Below, in pieces: positions 14,171 to 23,000 of a stretch of DNA of 64,000 nt (position 1 is its first letter; every line of letters starts with the position of its first letter). The stretch covers positions 22,134,001 through 22,198,000 of the forward strand of contig CM120640.1 in NCBI GenBank assembly GCA_051362555.1. Direction: 5' to 3'. The position numbers were made by a program, and so were the translations under genes. The stretch comes from Lingula anatina. Its lineage: Eukaryota > Animalia > Brachiopoda. The notes under the pieces are model-generated. The model made no database searches and was not told where the DNA came from. It saw only the letters and a program-made list of their open reading frames with translations.

Positions 14171-15144
14171 CAAATGGCAATTATTGTTCATGAGGCCTGT
14201 TTTTGTAAGGTCAGTAGACTGGCAAAATCACTTTAATCACTGCAGAAAGGATTTATTTTAGTCAAGAGCATGGCTTTTTCAGTAGAGTCCTCCAGCTGTC
14301 ATTTGGACAGCCTGTTCCTTCAGAAGACAACCATTATCTGTGAGAATTGTACAAAATTTTGAGGATATGATGGCTTGATTTGATGGGATGGGTGGATTGC
14401 CTAGAAATTCTTATAAGGTATTTTGATGTACCTAGATTGTTAAGTAAAAAAAAAAAAGATGTTTTACCAAGCCAGAGATGAGATATGTGTACTGTCCAAA
14501 TAAACAGTAAAATCCACATTGGTCACAGAGCCCACATAACCACTTGCTATAAGGTAACCAGTTGAAACATCCCTTCTGGTTTCTACCGTAAACTTGATGC
14601 CACCAGTAGCTCAGATACCCAGGTAGGACTAGCTCTTTGGTACAGTCCTGGGTAAATTCTTGCCCAAGAGTCATTATCTACATGATCAATCATTAAAGAA
14701 TATATCAAACTAAAGCTGATTGATGATTGGTGGCAAGGAACAAATTCCCATGCAATTAGAAATACAGTCTTTTAACAGACACAAATCAGAATGCATTTTC
14801 CATAGAGTGCTGACCAGTACAGTGCTCTAGGCTTTCTTCATGCATCCTCCTGTCCAGAGAGACCCATAATCAAGTGAATGCCTTTCAGAATTACTTTCTT
14901 TCAATATGAGAGAGAATTTTAAAAGAAATACATTAATGCCTCCATGTATCAGATGTGAGATCTATGTATATCAGATTGTTGGTAAAACCTTGTAGGTTTT
15001 CCCCAGCACTGAAGATGAATTCTGAAGGGAGTCTGTCCTGATGTATACATCATAATTGTTACCCATCAGGCAGTCTAGGGGATAAGAGGAGAAATGATAA
15101 TTGATGGATGGGCCACATTTTTACAAGGGAAAATGTTTGTGTAT

Positions 15145-15451
15145 ATAAAGATTATTGCATGGCCATAATCTGCTTTATCATGATAAGATTAAAACCCGAG
15201 TCGCTTCCTACAGCTGCCGCTGTCCATAATGTTATGTAATACTTAACATACTTGCGCAACCATCCAATCGCGACGCGAAACTTAATCACGTGAGCAGAAT
15301 TTCCAGAGATGACAACAACAACACATGCAGAAGGCATTCGTTAGATTGCAGCCGAGCAACTCGCACGAACCTCCAAATACGCCATCGCAGAATTTGCTTT
15401 CATAGCTATTGTTAGAAGTCAAGGGTAAGTTACTACCTGTTTACTTGCTTT
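15145..15451 (+). repeat. Split direct repeat A1 (307 bp)
   Basis: Identical to 22596-22902 (offset 7451). Contains CCAAT (15264), CACGTG (15287) and a splice donor AGG|GTAAGT (15424/15425). Confidence 0.95.
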
Positions 15452-15677
15452 TTTACAACCGCTTTCTACGGCCGCTATAGGGCACTAACTAGCGATTAGC
15501 GTAAGACTAAGAGTAATGAGATAGATAAAATATACCGAATTACTATGAGGCAGATTCTGTATGTACTAAGTGTACAGAGCGGTAGTACGGCAAAATATTT
15601 TGGTTCGAGGTTAGAAGATGACTCGATAGGTACACTCAGGCTAACTTTATATAGTGCACGCAATAATCTTAAGTTCT

Positions 15678-16030
15678 AAGCACTCGTATCTGAGCGGCAT
15701 AACTTTCTCAACACGAGTAAGATTCAAGATGGCGGCTTCAAAAATAAGCGACGTAATATCCTCCACTTACAAACAAAGCGTAAGTTTAGTTAAGTTCAGA
15801 TAAGGCATCAATGATTTTAACGTCATATGCATTGAGAGCGCTACTATTTATTGAAGCACTCGTATACAGCTGAGCGACATAACTTTCTCAACACGAGAAA
15901 AGATCCAAGATGGCGGCTCCAAAATATAAGCGTCGTAATATCTTCCACTCGAAAAGCGTAAGTTTAGTTAAGTTCCGATAAGGCAACAATGATTTTAATG
16001 TCATACGCATTGAGAAGCTACTATCTATCG
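15678..16030 (+). repeat. Two diverged tandem copies of a ~176-bp unit, each with a consensus YY1 site
   Basis: Units start AAGCACTCGTAT at 15678 and 15854. CAAGATGGCGGC occurs at 15725 and 15906. Confidence 0.9.
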
Positions 16031-16423
16031 ATGACGGGAGAAGTAGTCAGCTTATTACATCGTACACCATCTACAGAATCCCCCCCGCTTGAACAAGACA
16101 CAGGACCTTCAGGCTACACGGCGCCACTGGTCTCACTTAAATAATCGCTAATTATTTCCATATGTCTTAGGCTCATGCTGCATCTTTGATGACTTCACAC
16201 TATCGGAAGCTGTTTATTATTCCACACTATAGATTTAGGGTACTTAAGTCAATGTCAACATGCGGGAGCGGTACGTTTTCCAATTAACTTATCCCCCCCC
16301 CCCTTCCCCCACACTCGTTTCTATATTATATTAAGCCATACCACATTTTACAGCTGATACAATGTTGGCTCTACCCTAGTGTATCATATTTCAGAGTCTT
16401 ATATTGCCCCTACTTTTACCACC

Positions 16424-16999
16424 ATGAAAATACTGATAGCTGGCCATAGTCTCATTAAGAGATTAGAGCATGAGTCCCCCAGCAACCTCAACCTAGATCC
16501 AGGCACCTTCCAGATTGAATTCTACGGCAAAGGCGGGGCCCAGCTGGACCACTTTCTGACCAAAGATGATTTCCTGGAGAGAACTCAGAATAAGGATCTC
16601 ATCTTTTTCCAAGTGGGGGGCAACGACGTCAGAGGCTCTCCTTATGACATCAGCAGAATTGTGGACAAGGTTTCAATGCTGACCTTAAGGATACTAGAAG
16701 TCAACCCCAAGGCAGTTATCATATGGGGACAGCTCCTCTTCAGAGCCACTCCAAGCTGTGGCTACCTGCCAACCAAGACGGATGAGGACAGATACAATAC
16801 ATACATTATAAGAACCAACGAGGCCCTTAAAAAATTATCTAAGGAAGAGGGCAACATGTACTTCCTGCGTCATGTGGGGGCAACCAGAAACTGGAGAAGT
16901 ATACTGAAGGGTGACGGAGTTCACATGAACGAGTCCGGTAATATTATGCTGTGGAGATCCATCAGAGGCGCTATTCTCACCACAAATAAGAGTAAGTAG
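16424..16999 (+). CDS. SGNH/GDSL hydrolase (esterase) of the Ngaro element, 191 aa
   Basis: ATG in strong Kozak context ACCACCATG. Block I IAGHS (catalytic Ser), block II GKGG, block III QVGGND, block V DGVH. Confidence 0.9.
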   Translation: MKILIAGHSLIKRLEHESPSNLNLDPGTFQIEFYGKGGAQLDHFLTKDDFLERTQNKDLIFFQVGGNDVRGSPYDISRIVDKVSMLTLRILEVNPKAVIIWGQLLFRATPSCGYLPTKTDEDRYNTYIIRTNEALKKLSKEEGNMYFLRHVGATRNWRSILKGDGVHMNESGNIMLWRSIRGAILTTNKSK

Positions 17000-17058
17000 G
17001 TAAAATCGAACCACCGCAAGGGGCTACTTACACATGCAGAGGCAACTAACTTTACTTT

Positions 17059-17795
17059 GGCTCTAGAGCAGGGTCGCAGTCAGCCAGACAGTAGTTTAGC
17101 ATAGGGCCATAGCTTTGAGGCCGCTTTGAATTAGGAACACCACTTACATTGACTAGGGAGCATTTAGTATAACATAAGATATAAGCATTACGTAGCAACG
17201 GGTCTCACGATAAGCTACCTCCCTAACACGCTAATAACAAGGACTTGGGCTCCAGTTAATAGCCGCTTTCAGAAGGCCTTCATCACAGTAGTATTAGCTG
17301 CTAGGGCCAATTATTATTATTAATCATGGGCCACAAGCGTGAGCCGCTTTCTTAACCATGCATGTTGCAATGACTTGGGCTGCAGCGCGTAGCCGCATTC
17401 AAATAGGTCACTATCACATTAATATTTACAGTAGACACTAAAGCCAAGAATGATAGGCAAAAGGCCACGAGCGTGAGCCGCTGTATTAAACATGCCATTC
17501 TCAATGACTTGGGCTGCAGCATGTAGCCGCTTTCAAAACAGTCACTACCGCATTAGTATTATAGCAGCTATTGGGATTTCAATATTATAGGCAAAGGGCC
17601 ACAAGAGTGTGCCGCAGTCTTATCCATGCAAAATTGCGACGAATTTTGGCTACAGCATGTTGCCGCTTTCAGTTTATGACTACAGCATAAATATCAGCCA
17701 CTAGGGCCAACAGAATTATTGGCAAGAACCCTAGTTGAGTGATGCTATATGCACACATGCTAATTAAAATTTCTTAGGCTAAAGCTGATAGCCGC
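17059..17795 (+). repeat. Non-coding degenerate tandem array (~130-136-bp period, ~6 units), each unit with two GGC-N11-GCCGC motifs
   Basis: Exact motifs at 17248, 17329, 17378, 17463, 17512, 17597, 17648 and 17777; variants at 17059 and 17105. Confidence 0.85.
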
Positions 17796-17816
17796 TCTCA
17801 GTCATTAAAAATTTAT

Positions 17817-17820
<4 letters not shown>

Positions 17821-17863
<43 letters not shown>
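17821..17863 (+). repeat. Poly(A) tract (A43) inside the element
   Basis: Directly visible; preceded by ATTAAA at 17804-17809. Confidence 0.95.
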
Positions 17864-17865
<2 letters not shown>

Positions 17866-17991
17866 AAGAATATTATAGCATGAATCTTAGAATTTCCTTC
17901 TTCTTCCTTTTGAGCTGGCAGGGCTCTTCTATTACTCTTATCTCTGCCATACGGAGTCTAGACTTTCTTTCCTTTATTTTAGAACTTGAGA

Positions 17992-19446
17992 ATGGAACAA
18001 CCTCCAGGCCTTCCGACTCTAGGGGAGGCAGTATACTGGGCCATGACACCAGGACCCAGCACCCCATACAACACTTGCCCACCTCAAACAGCACATGTAG
18101 GACCCAGCAGCACGAGGAGCGCACCCCCCAGCCTCTACACCATCAGTGCAACCCCACTTCAGACGGCAGGGCCCAGCACCACATCAGAGCTAAGCAGCAC
18201 GGCGAATTTGACACCCAACCTCACCAGCGTGCTGTCCACAAGACCAACAGCCATGACGGCAGCTCCAACAACGCCAGGCAGTACAATCCAAAGCTCAACC
18301 GGGACACACGCAAGCCAGCAACTGCCTCGCCCTCCCCAACCCCTCTCCTCTCCATTAAATTCTCTGGGCCACCACTACTTTCATCAAACAGGAAGTACCC
18401 CAGCCCCCTATGCCCAAGCCCAGCAAACCACCCCATATGGAGCAAACCCACCTCACTATTATCCCTGCCATATCCCCCAAACAAATCCGCCTCCTCCCAC
18501 TCAGCTGGTCCCGAACAATGGAAACCCCCATCCCTCCTCTCCCTTTCCATATCCAGGCCCACCTCCTTCCCAACATTTACTCAATCCAGAGCGGCCACAC
18601 CAAAGCCTGCCCGCAAACTGCCCCATGTTACAGAACAACACCCCCCATCTCTCCTCACACTCCCATGCCCCCCAAAGTTTGCCCCACCAAAACATGCCCC
18701 TCCCAAACCAGACTTGTAGCCATTCATGGCCACAAGACGCCGGACAAGGAAATCATGCCCCAGGTAAGAAAATACCAAAATCCAGTATTGACCACCATGT
18801 GAGCACAAAATTAAGAAACAAAATTTGGGAAGATGAATTTGTAAATTTACGCGAACTCCTCCCCCCTGATACAAATTTATCAAACAACAGTTCAGAAACC
18901 TTCCTCCCCCAGGCCGAAAGAAACGACGAAGGTCATATAACCATGACCTTTTCCCCTTCTCCTAAAATTAGTGACCTGTCCCCATTGCAATGGTGCCGTG
19001 CTTGGCAGATTTTCACTGCAATATACCTACAAAGATTCCCCTCCCAAGCCATCCCCCTTTCCGTATATGCCCATAGGGTTATCACCCTTTTCACCAGCAA
19101 GGTAGCTAGCTGGAAATCGTATGATGAGAAATTTAGACTAAAACGGGCCAGTGAGTCCATAAAATGGGAGGAGGAAGACCCAGTTGTTTATGGGCACTCT
19201 TTGGGCACTCCAAAATTAGAAAATTTTCGTCCCCAACAGGAAACCTGCAACAACTACAACAGAGGAAAATGCTACCTCGCAAGGTGCAGATACCTGCACA
19301 AATGCCTCCTCTGTGGGAAGGACCACCCATTATCATCTTGCTGGTCAGCCCCCCGAAGTTCACCTCCATACCAAAGGAAACCCAACCACTTCCCCCCTAG
19401 CAAAGCAAAAATTTTCAGACCCAAATTCAACAAAAAATTCGCATAA
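17992..19446 (+). CDS. Gag-like ORF1 of the Ngaro element
   Basis: Pro/Ser/Thr/His-rich N-terminus; KIWEDEFVNLRELLP, W..AW.IF..IY and YDEKFR blocks typical of DIRS/Ngaro gag. C-terminal zinc fingers C-x7-C-x4-C-x3-H followed by C-x2-C-x3-H-x4-C. First ATG at 17992. Confidence 0.88.
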   Translation: MEQPPGLPTLGEAVYWAMTPGPSTPYNTCPPQTAHVGPSSTRSAPPSLYTISATPLQTAGPSTTSELSSTANLTPNLTSVLSTRPTAMTAAPTTPGSTIQSSTGTHASQQLPRPPQPLSSPLNSLGHHYFHQTGSTPAPYAQAQQTTPYGANPPHYYPCHIPQTNPPPPTQLVPNNGNPHPSSPFPYPGPPPSQHLLNPERPHQSLPANCPMLQNNTPHLSSHSHAPQSLPHQNMPLPNQTCSHSWPQDAGQGNHAPGKKIPKSSIDHHVSTKLRNKIWEDEFVNLRELLPPDTNLSNNSSETFLPQAERNDEGHITMTFSPSPKISDLSPLQWCRAWQIFTAIYLQRFPSQAIPLSVYAHRVITLFTSKVASWKSYDEKFRLKRASESIKWEEEDPVVYGHSLGTPKLENFRPQQETCNNYNRGKCYLARCRYLHKCLLCGKDHPLSSCWSAPRSSPPYQRKPNHFPPSKAKIFRPKFNKKFA

Positions 19447-19538
19447 CCCCCTTCAGGCCATCATAAAAATCAACAAACCCTCCTGCCACGTTCCCCATGA
19501 CATAGTAACCCCAGTCAACCACCTTGTTTTAAAAAAAT

Positions 19539-21080
19539 TTGTTGACGGGGTATGACTCACATATTTCCAAATTTTTAGTTGAAGGATTTAAAGGAGGATT
19601 TATCATCCCCTTTCAAGGCGAATTACCCCATTCAACCACTCCCAAATTAAATAAACCTGAAAATTTCGAAAAATTATTGGAGAAAATAGATGCGGAAATT
19701 AAAGCAGGACGCATAGCAGGCCCTTTTTCAATACCTCCTTTCCCCTTCTTTGTCACGTCCCCCGTATATGTTGTTCCCAAAAAGACCCCAGGAAAATTCC
19801 GCTTCATCCACAACCTTTCTTCCCCAAAGCACTCCTCAGTTAATGATGGAATTGATGACACATTTGCAGCCGTTTCCTATGCTAATGTCTCAGACGCCAT
19901 ACAATTAGCAAAATCCATAGGGAAGAATGCATACCTGGCAAAAACAGATATTGAAAATGCTTTCAGAATTCTCCCAATCCACAAAGATTACCGTTTTCTA
20001 TTGGGGTTCTCCCTTCAATCGAAATATTATTATGATAAAAATCTACCCATGGGACTCCGTTCAAGTTGTCAAAAATTTGAGACTTTCAGTACCGCCATAG
20101 AATGGATTGCAAAAAACAAATTTCACATCCCACATATCCTTCACTTACTGGATGATTTCCTCATTTTGGCCCCTACCAAAGAGGAATGCCAAAACCGATT
20201 GGACCGTTTCATTGGTCTTTGTCAATCCCTAGGGGTTCCCCTAGCCCCGGAAAAAACCACCAGACCAGCCACAATTATTTCATTTGCTGGCATAGAATTG
20301 GACACATCAATGCAAGAAGCCCGCTTACCGCCTGAAAAGATTCAGAATGCTTTAGATCTGGTCCGAGCCCACATATCCAAAAAGAAAATAACCCTTCATG
20401 ACCTTCAGTCGATCATAGGCCTCCTAAATTTCTGCTGCTCCATTATCCCTGTCGGGAGGGCCTTTTTACGCCGCCTCATTAATTTAACAATCGGCACCAC
20501 TCAACCCCACTTTAAAATACGCCTTAATAACGAAGCCCGGGCCGACCTCTCCATGTGGAAATTGTTTTTACAATCCTTCAATGGGCGAGGTTTTTTCTAT
20601 GATGATGACTGGCCTAGGTCCCCAACAGACTGTGTCTTCACAGACTCATCTGGAACACATGGATTCGGAGCAATTTTGGACAAAAAATGGTTTTCTGGAC
20701 TTTGGCCACACCAGCTTAAAGACCTCAACATTGCTATTTTAGAACTTTACCCTATAGTCCTGGCCTTCTTCATATGGGTAGAACAATTGAAAAACAAGAA
20801 CATTACAATTTTTTCGGACAATGAAGCTCTAGTTTTTGTCCTTAACAAATGCACTTCCAAGGATAGGTGCATCATGATCTTACTCAGGAAACTCATTTTA
20901 CATTGCTTAGAGAACAATATCAACTTCCGCGCCGCACATATACCAGGCGTGGAAAATTGCGCTGCTGATGCCCTATCTCGTTCTAATCCCCAGGAATTCA
21001 GAAGATTGTGCCCCCAAGCAGACCTTCACCCTGCCCACATACCTGCAACTTGGGGGCTAGAAAACTGGCTGAAGATTTAG
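19539..21080 (+). CDS. Reverse transcriptase + RNase H of the Ngaro element; its N-terminus lies in a different frame (19220-19537)
   Basis: RT motifs VPKK, KFRFIHNLS, AKTDIENAFR, LPMGL, HLLDDF, FAGIELD. RNase H motifs FTDSSG, ELYPI, SDN, HIPGVENCAADALSR. Confidence 0.95.
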   Translation: MLTGYDSHISKFLVEGFKGGFIIPFQGELPHSTTPKLNKPENFEKLLEKIDAEIKAGRIAGPFSIPPFPFFVTSPVYVVPKKTPGKFRFIHNLSSPKHSSVNDGIDDTFAAVSYANVSDAIQLAKSIGKNAYLAKTDIENAFRILPIHKDYRFLLGFSLQSKYYYDKNLPMGLRSSCQKFETFSTAIEWIAKNKFHIPHILHLLDDFLILAPTKEECQNRLDRFIGLCQSLGVPLAPEKTTRPATIISFAGIELDTSMQEARLPPEKIQNALDLVRAHISKKKITLHDLQSIIGLLNFCCSIIPVGRAFLRRLINLTIGTTQPHFKIRLNNEARADLSMWKLFLQSFNGRGFFYDDDWPRSPTDCVFTDSSGTHGFGAILDKKWFSGLWPHQLKDLNIAILELYPIVLAFFIWVEQLKNKNITIFSDNEALVFVLNKCTSKDRCIMILLRKLILHCLENNINFRAAHIPGVENCAADALSRSNPQEFRRLCPQADLHPAHIPATWGLENWLKI

Positions 21081-21940
21081 ATAGTACCTTGGAAGCTGCT
21101 CTCACCAAAAGCACCAGGAGGACTTACAGCAAAATCAATACCCTTTTGGATGAATTCACTCAAAAAACTGGACTCAAAGCCTTTCCCGCTGACCAAACCG
21201 TCACAGCATTGTTTACCCAATTCCTCAGTGAACGTTACAAGCCCTCATCCATCAGGACTCATCTCTCTGCTTTAAGCTATAAATACAAGATGGAAAACAT
21301 AACGGATCCAACCTCGACCTTTCTAGTGAAACAAACAATCCAGGGCTTAGAGAGGAAAAACCCCTCCGGTGACACGAGGTCCCCAATAACATTATCCACT
21401 CTAAGCTCTTTAATCGCAAGTTTACAAGGATGTGCAGAATTCGAAAAATTCCTCATTGCAGCTATGTTCACACTTTCATTCTTTGGGCTATTGCGCATTA
21501 GCGAGATCGCGGCAAGCGACGCAAATCACGCTCTCCAACTTCACAATGTTAATATTAATCAGACTGAAGGCATTATAAATATAAGATTACCTTCTTTCAA
21601 ACACTCGAGCCATAACTCTAATCACTGCGTTACAATTCGGAGACAAGCTGGAGATATATGCCCAGTAAAGTGGATTTCAAACTATGCCGCTGTGCGCCCA
21701 AAGACAGCAATCACACAGTTCTTTGTAAATCCGAATGGGTCGGCAGTCCGCTGCACGGACTTTAATAAATACTTAGAACGTTGCATCAGAGCGGCAAATC
21801 TCTCACATCTCCGCATCACTAGCCATAGCTTCAGAATAGGGGGAGCAACCCTCGCTGCCAGCATCGGCATGTCCGAAACTCAAATTAGACTATTAGGGAG
21901 ATGGAAATCGGATGCCTACAAAAAATATCTAAGATTTTGA
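21008..21940 (+). CDS. Tyrosine recombinase of the Ngaro element
   Basis: Catalytic R (GLLRISE), K (SFKH), H-x-x-R (HSFRIG), W (GRWKS) and Y (YKKYLR). Overlaps the end of RNase H. Start codon uncertain. Confidence 0.95.
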   Translation: MPPSRPSPCPHTCNLGARKLAEDLDSTLEAALTKSTRRTYSKINTLLDEFTQKTGLKAFPADQTVTALFTQFLSERYKPSSIRTHLSALSYKYKMENITDPTSTFLVKQTIQGLERKNPSGDTRSPITLSTLSSLIASLQGCAEFEKFLIAAMFTLSFFGLLRISEIAASDANHALQLHNVNINQTEGIINIRLPSFKHSSHNSNHCVTIRRQAGDICPVKWISNYAAVRPKTAITQFFVNPNGSAVRCTDFNKYLERCIRAANLSHLRITSHSFRIGGATLAASIGMSETQIRLLGRWKSDAYKKYLRF

Positions 21941-22032
21941 ACTCTACTTGCATTTTATGACATTAGCGTATGGATATCTCAGAATATGAACTCTGCTTAC
22001 ATGCTATAGCACTATCATAATTTGACGGTCAT

Positions 22033-22184
22033 GTTCCTCGAACCTCGGTCCAGGGGTCTGGGTTCAAGGAACCTTATGTTCAATGCAACTAACATGGGTT
22101 AAGTTTAAGTTGTTTGGATATAGTTAGGACACATCTGCTCATTCCTCCATGACCTTCGGTCCAGGGGTCTTAGGCTATGGGGGA
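22033..22184 (+). other. Pair of 12-bp stem-loops with a shared 15-nt loop sequence, downstream of YR
   Basis: Stems 22033-22044/22061-22072 and 22143-22155/22172-22184. Loop TCGGTCCAGGGGTCT at 22045 and 22156. Confidence 0.7.
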
Positions 22185-22380
22185 TCCTTCGTGTTTTAGA
22201 ATTTCATCATACTACTTTAAAAATATGATATGTTTAGTTCTTTATTATCACTTGTGAGAGACTATGTTAACACACAAGAACATTATTAAAAGTACTTTGT
22301 TTTATAAAAAATTATTGACTCTTATTATTATATCGCTTATTAAATTTTTTGGGTGGGGCAGAAAACCTTTAAGTTTTCTT

Positions 22381-22596
22381 TGGCGGAAAATAAGCCCCAC
22401 CTTTTATGATCTACAGAATTCAGATATATACTTAATTCAATTTAGCATAAGAGAAAATAATTGGCAGCTTAAAACCGCGATATGATGCGTAGGAAGTGAC
22501 TCCGTTATCCCATCACACCATTAATCTTTAACTTTAAGATCATAAAATAGAACAAAAAATTTATTATAATACTAAGTAATCTTAGCTATCGATAAA
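22381..22596 (+). repeat. Split direct repeat B1 (216 bp)
   Basis: Identical to 23001-23216; abuts A2, sharing one A at 22596. Confidence 0.95.
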
Positions 22597-22902
22597 TAAA
22601 GATTATTGCATGGCCATAATCTGCTTTATCATGATAAGATTAAAACCCGAGTCGCTTCCTACAGCTGCCGCTGTCCATAATGTTATGTAATACTTAACAT
22701 ACTTGCGCAACCATCCAATCGCGACGCGAAACTTAATCACGTGAGCAGAATTTCCAGAGATGACAACAACAACACATGCAGAAGGCATTCGTTAGATTGC
22801 AGCCGAGCAACTCGCACGAACCTCCAAATACGCCATCGCAGAATTTGCTTTCATAGCTATTGTTAGAAGTCAAGGGTAAGTTACTACCTGTTTACTTGCT
22901 TT
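22596..22902 (+). repeat. Split direct repeat A2 (307 bp)
   Basis: Identical to 15145-15451. Confidence 0.95.
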
Positions 22903-23000
22903 CCCGCCCATCCCTTTCCCATCATATTAACTTGGCTATAGAACACCTTATCTCAAGTTATATTCTCATGTACAAGATATAATATTAATCCTACAGTATG

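Noticed and set aside
15152-15337. Identical 61-aa minus-strand ORFs here and at 22603-22788
   Set aside because: A by-product of the A repeat duplication; no recognisable protein features.
16379-16423. GTG-initiated N-terminal extension of the SGNH ORF
   Set aside because: ATG 16424 has a strong Kozak context and directly precedes the first strand of the SGNH fold; the extension spans a likely splice acceptor.
17059-17795. CRISPR array interpretation of the motif array
   Set aside because: The context is eukaryotic, there are no cas genes, the repeats are degenerate, and the spacers are visibly related to one another.
19219-19400. A AAT TTT slippery heptamer in gag as a -1 frameshift into pol
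   Set aside because: The -1 frame stops at 19400, before the RT N-terminal block, which lies in the +1 frame.
15145-22902. A1/A2 as LTRs of a Gypsy/Copia/BEL element
   Set aside because: No TG...CA ends, TSD, protease or DDE integrase. The B repeats and the tyrosine recombinase identify a split-direct-repeat YR element.
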